Below are positions 36,214 through 43,660 of a stretch of 64,000 nt of DNA, piece by piece. Location of the stretch: NCBI GenBank assembly GCA_002452155.1, contig DKEK01000006.1:22532-86531 (forward strand). The letters run 5' to 3'. The position numbers were made by a program, and so were the translations under genes. Each line of letters begins with the position of its first letter. Position 1 is the stretch's first letter. Source of the stretch: Candidatus Saccharibacteria bacterium UBA6824. Lineage in GTDB: Bacteria; Patescibacteriota; Saccharimonadia; Saccharimonadales; UBA10212. A model generated the notes under the pieces. The model was given only the letters and a program-made list of their open reading frames with translations, was not told where the DNA came from and did not search any database.

Positions 36214-36264
36214 AAGCATAAGCGTCCCGTTGTCAAGAGTTACGGAACGTTTTTGTCCCGCTTT
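36214..36264 (+). repeat. 51-bp direct repeat copy 2, containing a plus-strand terminator-like hairpin + T5
   Basis: Identical to 36021-36071. Confidence 0.85.
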
Positions 36265-36271
36265 TTTATGA

Positions 36272-36595
36272 CTATTTTTTAGATGCTGCGTTGCCTATTT
36301 TGGTTATCTTAATCCTTGTCAATTTTTGGCGGTGGCCGCGGCGCTTATTGACCCGCTTTTTGGCTTTATAACGGATGGCCACCACCTTGTCGGCCTTAAC
36401 TTCGGCCTCGATTATCTCGGCTGAGACTTTAACTCCGGCCACAATCGGTGTACCGAGGCTAATTTTTTCACCATCAATCAGAAGTAAGGCCTCAAATTCG
36501 GCCTGCTTATCGCTTCCCAACTTCTCTACCTCCAGCTCTTCGCCTTCAGATACGAGGTATTGGTGGCCGCCAGTCAAAATAACCGCTTTTTTCAT
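36272..36595 (-). CDS. rplU: 50S ribosomal protein L21
   Basis: 107 aa with L21-like sequence (AVILTGGHQYLVSEGE...KRRGHRQ). Confidence 0.9.
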   Translation of the reverse strand: MKKAVILTGGHQYLVSEGEELEVEKLGSDKQAEFEALLLIDGEKISLGTPIVAGVKVSAEIIEAEVKADKVVAIRYKAKKRVNKRRGHRQKLTRIKITKIGNAASKK

Positions 36596-36667
36596 AAATT
36601 TCTCTTCTTGGATCCCAAAAGTTACGTACTTGAGCTTAACAGATAGGAACCCTTTTCACAAGTCCCC

Positions 36668-39568
36668 TTAAGCCTTGGAGAGGCTTATTTTAACCTCTCT
36701 CCCATCTACTTTAACCGTTTGGTTGTAATCCCCTTCCCCCTTAAGCTCACCACTGGCCAGGGCTTCGGCATAAATTTGGTCCCTAAATTGCTCGTAGGCA
36801 TCTGTTATAAGCTTGTTTTTGGCTTCTATGCGCAGCTTTATGCGGTCATCGACGTTTAGGCCGGCTTTTTTACGGGCATTTTGGATATTGCGCACCAGCT
36901 CACGCATAACGCCTTCGGCTCTTAGCTCATCCGTTAACTTAGTGTTTAATTTAATGGCCGGTTTACCCCGTTTGAATTTAACTTCTTTGACGTTTAATTC
37001 ATCGGCTACAACCTCATAAAACTCCTTGGGTTTAGCGATTTGAGAGTTAATTAGGGCCGCAGCCAAGGGCTGACGGACTTTTATGCCAGCTGCCGCGCGC
37101 TGGGCGTGGCCCTCCTTTATTAAGTTTCTAATTTCATTCATATCATCTAGCACTTTAAGACTAGCATTATCCGGCTTATTAACAGATGGCCAGTCACTTA
37201 AGTGGACTGATTTTGGCTGGTCGGTTCCATCTACCAAGTCGCGCCAGATATGATCGGGTAAAAAGGGCGCGAAGGGCGCCATTAACTGACTAATGCGCAG
37301 GAGTACATAATGGAGTGTTTGGTAAGCCTGTTCCTTATCTAGGTCGTTTTCACTCTTCCAAAAGCGCCGCCGCGACCGCCGGACATACCAGTTAGAAATG
37401 TCGTCCAGCAACTCGGTAATCGGTCGGGCGGCTTTATCTAGTCGGTAGGCTTCCATGCCCTCCGTAACCTGGGCCACGGCCTGGTCCAGCCGAGCTAGCA
37501 CCCACTGATCTAAAATACTGCTGCTTTTGAGTTTTTTTAAGGGGTCGCTTGGCTGCCATTTATCGACATCGGCGTATAGTCTATAAAAGCTGTAGGTGTT
37601 ATTGAGGCTCATCAGTACGTTGCGCTGGACATCGCGCAGATATTCGACCGAGAACCGTGTATCTTCGCCATTCATCAGGGGTGAGCTGGCCATGAAAAAG
37701 CGCATGGTATCAACACCGTACTCATCGAAGACTTCGTCCATTGGGGCATAGTTTTTCTTGCGCTTGCTTAGTTTTTCACCGTCGGCGGCCACAATCCAGC
37801 CGCTACAGATGGCATTTTTGAATACCGGACTGTCAAATAGGGCCGTACCAAGTACATGGAGGGTGTAAAACCAGCCCCGGGTTTGGTCAACGGCTTCGGC
37901 GATGAAGTCGGCCGGAAACTTTTTTTCCCACTGCTGCTTGTTTTCAAACGGATAGTGGTCCTGGGCGTAAGGCATAGCGCCCGATTCGAACCAGCAGTCC
38001 AAGACTTCGGGGATACGCTTGGCGATTTTACCAGAGTCAGTTTTAATTTCGACTTCGTCAATGTAGGGCCGGTGCAGATCGCCGATTTTACTAGGGTTAA
38101 CGGCCTTTTCTTTTAGCTCTTTGAGGCTGCCGACCACGACTACTTCGCCGTCGTCGGTGACCCATATCGGTAGCGGCGCGCCCCAGAAGCGATTGCGAGA
38201 AATACTCCAGTCGCGGGCGCCTTCCAGCCACTTGCCGAAGCGTCCATCACGAATATGTTCCGGCACCCATTTAATTTTTTGATTATTGGCTACCAATTTA
38301 TCCCGAACATCTGTCACTTTAATCAGCCAGTTATCGGTGGCGTAATAGAGCAGCGGCGTGTCACAGCGCCAGCAAAACGGATAAGTATGTTCAAAGGTTT
38401 CGGCGGCGTAGACTCGGTCCTTCTTGGTCAAATAAGTGATTATCGGCTCGTCGGCGTCTTTGAAAAACTTGCCGGCGATATCTGCCGCCAGACCGATGTT
38501 GTTCTGGACATGGCCGTTTTCATCGACCGTGATAAAAATCGGCAGACTTTTGTCTTTGGCCAGGTTCAGGTCATCCTCACCGAAGGCCGGCGCCACGTGC
38601 AGCACGCCCGTGCCCTCTTCCAGGCTGACAGAGTCGGCCGTCCAAACTCTGTAGAGCTTTTTATTGTTGGCCTCTTTCAGGTTCTTTAAGTGAAATAGCG
38701 GCTCGTAGCCTTTGCCGGCGAGTTGCTCGCCCGTAACTTCTTTGACGATGTGGTAATCGTCAATGTTTAATACCTCCAATCGCTCGCGGGCCAGCACCAG
38801 CACTTCTTCTTGGCCGTTATCATCTTTCAAGCGCACATAGACATATTTGGCGCCCGGCTTGACAGCCAGTGCGGCGTTGCCCGGCAGGCTCCAGGGCGTG
38901 GTGGTCCAGCCTAACAAATAGCCATCCTCGTCCGTTAGCTTGAACTTCACAAACAAACTGGGGTCCTGCACGCCGTCTTGGTAGCCCTGATTGAGCTCGA
39001 AATTAGAGAGGGGTGTGGCGCAGCGCGGACAGTACGGTGAGCTACGAAAATCTTTATAAACCAGCCCTTTATCATGCAAGGTCTTTAAGGTCCACCAGAC
39101 GCTCTCTATATAGCTCTCATCAAGGGTTGAATAGGTGTTTTCGTAGTCCGCCCAGCGTCCGACGCGGCGGAACATCTTTTCCCAGACGTCCTTGTACTTA
39201 AAAACCGATGCCCGGCACTCCTGGTTAAACTTATCGATACCATAGGCGATGATGTCCTTTTTACTCTTGAAACCATGCTCTTTTTCTATGGCATACTCTA
39301 CCGGCAAACCGTGGGTGTCCCAGCCGACCCGGCGTGGGACATAGAAGCCCTGCATGGTTTTATAGCGGGTGACGGTATCTTTGATGGTGGTTTGTTCCAG
39401 GTGGCCATAGTGCGGCACGCCATTGGCAAATGGCGGGCCATCATAAAAGCTAAACAGCGGGCCGTCACGGCGGTTTTGCAGGCTGAGTTCAAAGGTGTTT
39501 TCTTTCTCCCAGGTGGCTAAAATCTGCTCTTCAATTTCAGCCAGAAAATGCTTTTTGGTCTCACTCAC
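36668..39568 (-). CDS. ileS: isoleucyl-tRNA synthetase
   Basis: 966 aa with a HIGH-type motif (PHYGHL), a KMSKS-type motif (KLSKRKKN), and the CP1 editing domain present. Confidence 0.95.
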   Translation of the reverse strand: MSETKKHFLAEIEEQILATWEKENTFELSLQNRRDGPLFSFYDGPPFANGVPHYGHLEQTTIKDTVTRYKTMQGFYVPRRVGWDTHGLPVEYAIEKEHGFKSKKDIIAYGIDKFNQECRASVFKYKDVWEKMFRRVGRWADYENTYSTLDESYIESVWWTLKTLHDKGLVYKDFRSSPYCPRCATPLSNFELNQGYQDGVQDPSLFVKFKLTDEDGYLLGWTTTPWSLPGNAALAVKPGAKYVYVRLKDDNGQEEVLVLARERLEVLNIDDYHIVKEVTGEQLAGKGYEPLFHLKNLKEANNKKLYRVWTADSVSLEEGTGVLHVAPAFGEDDLNLAKDKSLPIFITVDENGHVQNNIGLAADIAGKFFKDADEPIITYLTKKDRVYAAETFEHTYPFCWRCDTPLLYYATDNWLIKVTDVRDKLVANNQKIKWVPEHIRDGRFGKWLEGARDWSISRNRFWGAPLPIWVTDDGEVVVVGSLKELKEKAVNPSKIGDLHRPYIDEVEIKTDSGKIAKRIPEVLDCWFESGAMPYAQDHYPFENKQQWEKKFPADFIAEAVDQTRGWFYTLHVLGTALFDSPVFKNAICSGWIVAADGEKLSKRKKNYAPMDEVFDEYGVDTMRFFMASSPLMNGEDTRFSVEYLRDVQRNVLMSLNNTYSFYRLYADVDKWQPSDPLKKLKSSSILDQWVLARLDQAVAQVTEGMEAYRLDKAARPITELLDDISNWYVRRSRRRFWKSENDLDKEQAYQTLHYVLLRISQLMAPFAPFLPDHIWRDLVDGTDQPKSVHLSDWPSVNKPDNASLKVLDDMNEIRNLIKEGHAQRAAAGIKVRQPLAAALINSQIAKPKEFYEVVADELNVKEVKFKRGKPAIKLNTKLTDELRAEGVMRELVRNIQNARKKAGLNVDDRIKLRIEAKNKLITDAYEQFRDQIYAEALASGELKGEGDYNQTVKVDGREVKISLSKA

Positions 39569-39609
39569 AATGGTATAAATTGTAGCTTAAAACAGATACA
39601 AAGGATAGG

Positions 39610-39939
39610 CTAAGCCGCCAGTGGCTGGACCACGTGTAGGCGATGGCCGCCAGCCCTTGTGTAGTCGTGAGTTTCTTGGTCGCGGGTATAATAATCGAGC
39701 TCATCCATCAGCGGTATGGGGCTGCCCTGCCACAGCCGCTGCAGCGTGCCGCTGTCGCTAATGGCTAGGAATGCCGGGTACTGGGTGATGTCGTACAGCC
39801 GGGCGTAGTCGGCCCCGGCTTGGGTTTCCAGGCTAATTAACTCTAGTTTCTTGGCCTTGAAGCGCTGGTAGTCGCGGGCAAAATCCTGGACCAGCCCGTC
39901 CTGCTCTGAATGCGGATGATAGAGCACTATCACTTTCAT
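39610..39939 (-). CDS. thioredoxin-fold-like hypothetical protein (no CxxC)
   Basis: The start is set at MKVIVLY (39939) because TGCTACAAT (39946-39954) lies 6 nt upstream. Confidence 0.5.
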   Translation of the reverse strand: MKVIVLYHPHSEQDGLVQDFARDYQRFKAKKLELISLETQAGADYARLYDITQYPAFLAISDSGTLQRLWQGSPIPLMDELDYYTRDQETHDYTRAGGHRLHVVQPLAA

Positions 39940-39991
39940 AAAGCTATTGTAGCACTCCAAATAAAGCCTTACCCCCTAAAATTTAGTGCTA

Positions 39992-40020
39992 TTGCTTATT
40001 AAGGCACTAAATATTATAAT
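39992..40020 (+). promoter_or_regulatory. promoter TTGCTT-17-TATAAT
   Basis: Hexamers at 39992-39997 and 40015-40020. A 9-bp inverted repeat ATTTAGTGC/GCACTAAAT (39981-40012) brackets the -35. Confidence 0.6.
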
Positions 40021-40123
40021 ATGCTTGTCTTGAGGTGTTCGCTGGCAGTTCTTCCGGTGAACGCACCCCAACAAGATCCCTCCGGAGATTGGGCTAATCT
40101 CTAGTGCTCCGAAAGGACGAGTC

Positions 40124-40474
40124 GTGAAGAATAACTCGATTTGTATCGCGGTATACGCGCTTCTGGGTCTGGGCTTTGCCCTCAGCGTCGGTCTGCCGCC
40201 AAGCATCGCTGCGGCGGCGGCGGTTGGCGGTGGTCTGTTGGGCATCTGCGTCATGCTGGACCCCTTCAGGGCTTACATCGTTGGCTGGGTGACCTTCTGG
40301 GTGACCGTCAGTCTCGCCATCACCAACTACGTATTCGGCTTTGGCCTCGGGCTGATGACCGTTTTCGCGGCCGCAACACTGGTCGTTTCCGCTGTCGTCG
40401 GCTACGTGCTGCCCACCGTGGTTTTCGCCGGTCTCGTCGGTCATCGCTATGAAGACGAGATTCGTTACGGCTAA
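40124..40474 (+). CDS. small polytopic membrane protein (GTG start), unknown function
   Basis: 116 aa with 4 hydrophobic Gly/Ala/Val-rich segments. GC-rich. It has its own promoter and terminator. Confidence 0.55.
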   Translation: MKNNSICIAVYALLGLGFALSVGLPPSIAAAAAVGGGLLGICVMLDPFRAYIVGWVTFWVTVSLAITNYVFGFGLGLMTVFAAATLVVSAVVGYVLPTVVFAGLVGHRYEDEIRYG

Positions 40475-40511
40475 GCGCCTACCGTCCGCTCAGCGAAGAA
40501 ACGGACGTTCT

Positions 40512-40550
40512 GCCCCCAACTGTATTGCCAAAAGCAATGCAGTTGGGGGC
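40512..40550 (+). terminator. long-stem terminator hairpin
   Basis: 17-bp stem GCCCCCAACTGTATTGC / GCAATGCAGTTGGGGGC (one G-T pair), loop CAAAA, followed by a T-rich tail. Confidence 0.6.
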
Positions 40551-40584
40551 CTCTTAATTTATTATCACCTTAGCTTTGGTCGTC

Positions 40585-40719
40585 TCAAGAGCAGCCGGTT
40601 GTGGAACCGCAGGAAGTACAGACATAGCAGCTGCCGGCTCTTTGGGTTTGGTTACCGCAGTTGTAGCATAGCGGCGCAGCGTCATCTAGGCGGATAGTAT
40701 CCTCCTTTGGCTCAGGTGG
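40585..40719 (-). pseudogene. orphan duplicate of the nrdJ 3' end (last 44 codons + stop)
   Basis: Encodes PPEPKEDTIRLDDAAPLCYNCGNQTQRAGSCYVCTSCGSTTGCS*, identical to the C-terminus of the intact nrdJ (43867-44001). The frame is closed directly upstream by TGA (40720-40722) and has no start codon. Confidence 0.85.
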
Positions 40720-40721
40720 TC

Positions 40722-41432
40722 AGAGGACGTTCCTCTATAGGTGTTAATCTATGCTAGTTTAATTCAATAATTAGCTAACTGGTATTTAAATTCGCTTAGC
40801 ATGTTTTTTTGCTCTTCGTAATCGGCTACGAATTTTAGGTAATCTGCTCTGGAAGCAAATAGTTTTAAAGCCATCGAGGTATTGAGCCACTGCGGCTCGT
40901 GTCCGGCCAGGTAATAATTGAGGCTTGAGAAGCGATAGTTTCGCCATAGTCTAGGGTTAAGATGTATGTAACGGGTGATGTGTTGCAGGTATGAGTCGTT
41001 GTCGAGCCTGACGGCTTTATAGCGGCTTTCGAACAAAGGCCCGCTGCGCTGGTATTTAAGGTTGAAATAACGGCTGTAGCTGGTCATTAAACTGCGCATT
41101 AGCTTCTCCAGATAAGGCACGTCTTTTTGATAAACCAGCAGGTGCAGATGGTTGGACATAAGACAGTAAGCCAGCAATTGCACCCTGCCCCGATAGTGCG
41201 GGTATGGCTCGCCGGTTTTACTGAGTGCTGATTTGTTAGACAGGTATCTTTCAAACAAAGCCAAAAAGTACTTATAGTCGGCTGCTTCGAGAAATATCTT
41301 TTGTTGGTTAGCTCCCCTAGTGTAAATGTGATAGTACGAGTCGGGAGCTTGTTCTTTATTAACATTGCGCGATGGCATGGAGCAATTATACTGAAACTAG
41401 CACCAAATTACACCTATAGAGGAACGTCCTCT
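40722..41432. mobile_element. RAYT-type unit: Y1 (HUH) transposase gene flanked by perfect 22-bp inverted, hairpin-forming repeats
   Basis: AGAGGACGTTCCTCTATAGGTG (40722-40743) is the exact reverse complement of 41411-41432. Each end contains the hairpin AGAGGA-CGT-TCCTCT. Confidence 0.75.
40764..41378 (-). CDS. REP-associated tyrosine (IS200/IS605-like Y1, HUH) transposase
   Basis: 204 aa with YHIYTRG, the HUH motif in CLMSNHLHLLV, and the catalytic Tyr context RYIHLNP. Confidence 0.85.
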   Translation of the reverse strand: MPSRNVNKEQAPDSYYHIYTRGANQQKIFLEAADYKYFLALFERYLSNKSALSKTGEPYPHYRGRVQLLAYCLMSNHLHLLVYQKDVPYLEKLMRSLMTSYSRYFNLKYQRSGPLFESRYKAVRLDNDSYLQHITRYIHLNPRLWRNYRFSSLNYYLAGHEPQWLNTSMALKLFASRADYLKFVADYEEQKNMLSEFKYQLANY

Positions 41433-41462
41433 AAATTCCTTAAACGTCCTCTAAATTCCTTA
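41423..41462. repeat. 2 x 20-bp tandem repeat AACGTCCTCTAAATTCCTTA overlapping the right inverted repeat
   Basis: Two exact adjacent copies. The first 10 nt of each unit equal the terminal 10 nt of the inverted repeat. Confidence 0.9.
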
Positions 41463-41488
41463 AATTATTTCATCTGTTAGTTCGTTGG

Positions 41489-43660
41489 TCATACGGTTGA
41501 TGAATCCACGATCAGGCCGGTCGCCGCAAGCGCGGTCAGCAGCGACGCCAGGGCTGCGTTCCCTCCGCGCGATCCTGTGACGGTCTGCTGCGTTGCTGTC
41601 GCGTGGTTGTAAAAGCCGAGATTCGCGCCAAGATGCCGAAGGTCGAGGGTAACGTGGAGCGAGTCGTCCGTCTTGAGCACGTCGGCGGCACTGCGGTAGA
41701 GGATCGTGTCGAGGGAACCCGCGCCACTACCCCATCGGATCGCACCGTCAGCGCGAAGCAGCCAGCGGGCGAAGCCGTCGCCAGTAACGAGTCCCTGAAG
41801 CTGTGTGGAGGTTGAGAGAGCGCCAGTGGCCGAGATGAGTGCCCCTGACCCCAAAGAGAAGACACCACTGACCGGATTGAGCGTGAACATACCCACCCCG
41901 GCATTGCGAATCGTAATTATGCCGTCGTGACTAAAATTGACAAGATTGTAAGTTCCAGTGCTCGACTGGAACTGCACTATATCAGAGGTTTGCCCCCCGG
42001 TTTTTTCACGGAATATGACCGGCACCACATCTGCGGTGGGCACGACAATTTGGGGCGTCGAAGGTGACAAGAGCACTGACGACAGCCGGGGATCAGTGGT
42101 TCCCACCGCTGCAACCCATCCGGTCTTGCCCGAACCGGTTTCCTTTACGTAGAGCGATGTCGATGCACCGCCATCGGTGCGACTGTACGCGGAGCCAACG
42201 GGGGCATACAGTACGCCTTCAGGCGAGCCACTACCAATCGCCTCCCGCACAAACCCAGCAGGCGGGGCCATCCCAAGACCGGCGCCACTTTCAACCTCGC
42301 GGTAGTCACGAATTACGCAGTTCAGGAAAACGTCGGGGTCGGCAAACGCGCCTGATCCCACCAGCATCCCCAATGTGACACGGCTATTGTTCGCCTGTTC
42401 GATTACCCCTGAGATCACGCACCCGTCGATTGTGTGACCGCGCGCAACATTGTCAGGGGATCCATCGGCGTTGATTTTTGCGAAAGCGACCCCCTCGGTG
42501 AAAGCCGCACCCGCCGTGCCGATAATATTTTTCAGGTTGACGGTGATCCTGATGTTCCTGTAAACGAGCGCGGTCGTACTGGTGAAAGACACAAGGATGG
42601 GGGCTGCTCCTTGGATACTCCCATCGCTCTCACGGTCATAGTAGTTCAGGGTGATGTTTTCAACCGAGTCGGTGTAACCAACTTTCGAGCTGTTCGACTG
42701 GTTCTTCGCTCTGACAGTAACCTCGTGATTCTTGGCTCCGTACACGAAGTAGGCACGACCTGGGCTGTCGGCATCTACCATCGCCACTAGGTCATCCCCG
42801 GAGTTCTGACAACTCAGCGGATAGAAAGTAAGACTTGTCTTGATGCGCGCATTGATTTGCCGACTCTTATAACTGTCAGGGTCTGAAATGGCCTTTTGGA
42901 ACGCGACGCCAGCACGACCGCCGATTAGTTCCACGTCGAGGTTGATGCCCACACAACCCTGGTAGAACATGAGCAGGTCACGACCCACCTGGCCGTTGCC
43001 GCTGGAGACATCCTGGGACGTGAACTTGAGCCTACCAATGTCGATGTTGTTGCAGGCGCTGAAGCCAAAAAGCACGCCGACCTGTGATCCCGTGAAGGTG
43101 TAGGTGTCGGCAATGCTCGCACCTGACCCCCAGATTTTGATGCCGCGAAGGTTTGTGAAGAGATAGAGAGTAGCGAGACCTGACACCTTGTAAGTGCCTG
43201 CGTCGGGAAAGAACAAGGTGCCACCACCGGAAGCCTGGAGGGCTGCGCACGCCGCAGTTATCGCAGTCGTATCGTCAGCAACGTTATTACCGACCGCACC
43301 GTAAGCTTTGACATTAAAGACTTGGGAGCCTTTGTCTAAGAAAGTGCCGGCATTAAAGGTTTTAGTTCCGGTAATAGTTTCAGTACCAGCCAGGTGAACC
43401 ACAGCCGAATCAGTCGCTTTGGCGGCTAGGTCTGAGGTTAAGTTAGTGATTTTAGATTCAGAGATGACTGAAACATCGGCGTCGGTGATATTAAGAGCAG
43501 CTAGTTTTGACTTAACAATAGCAGCCGTGGACGCTACCTTGGCATTGGTAATAATTCCGTCTTTGAGCGTGCCGTCTGGGTTATGTTCTTGGTTTAGGAA
43601 GTCATTGAGGATGTCTCCCCAGGTGCCATCATCAGAGCCGGACTTTGGTAGTCTAGACAT
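41489..43660 (-). CDS. right-handed parallel beta-helix (tailspike-like) protein, family copy 3
   Basis: 723 aa with N-terminus MSRLPKSGSDDGTWGDILNDFLNQEHNPDG and the entry motif NVKAYGAVGNNVADDTTAIT. The C-terminal motif is LGFYNHATATQQTVTGSRGGNAALASLLTALAATGLIVD. GC-rich. Confidence 0.9.
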   Translation of the reverse strand: MSRLPKSGSDDGTWGDILNDFLNQEHNPDGTLKDGIITNAKVASTAAIVKSKLAALNITDADVSVISESKITNLTSDLAAKATDSAVVHLAGTETITGTKTFNAGTFLDKGSQVFNVKAYGAVGNNVADDTTAITAACAALQASGGGTLFFPDAGTYKVSGLATLYLFTNLRGIKIWGSGASIADTYTFTGSQVGVLFGFSACNNIDIGRLKFTSQDVSSGNGQVGRDLLMFYQGCVGINLDVELIGGRAGVAFQKAISDPDSYKSRQINARIKTSLTFYPLSCQNSGDDLVAMVDADSPGRAYFVYGAKNHEVTVRAKNQSNSSKVGYTDSVENITLNYYDRESDGSIQGAAPILVSFTSTTALVYRNIRITVNLKNIIGTAGAAFTEGVAFAKINADGSPDNVARGHTIDGCVISGVIEQANNSRVTLGMLVGSGAFADPDVFLNCVIRDYREVESGAGLGMAPPAGFVREAIGSGSPEGVLYAPVGSAYSRTDGGASTSLYVKETGSGKTGWVAAVGTTDPRLSSVLLSPSTPQIVVPTADVVPVIFREKTGGQTSDIVQFQSSTGTYNLVNFSHDGIITIRNAGVGMFTLNPVSGVFSLGSGALISATGALSTSTQLQGLVTGDGFARWLLRADGAIRWGSGAGSLDTILYRSAADVLKTDDSLHVTLDLRHLGANLGFYNHATATQQTVTGSRGGNAALASLLTALAATGLIVDSSTV

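Noticed and set aside
39976-40444. Minus-strand ORFs of 92 and 116 aa overlapping the 40124-40474 gene
   Set aside because: The plus-strand frame has a promoter, an RBS-like AAAGGA, a coherent TM pattern and a terminator. The minus-strand frames are Arg/Gly-rich shadows.
41423-41462. CRISPR array, considering the 20-bp tandem repeat here and the 51-bp repeats at 36021/36214
   Set aside because: Each has only two copies. The first pair has no spacer and the second pair is separated by a 142-bp gap. There are no cas genes. The repeat architecture does not fit CRISPR.
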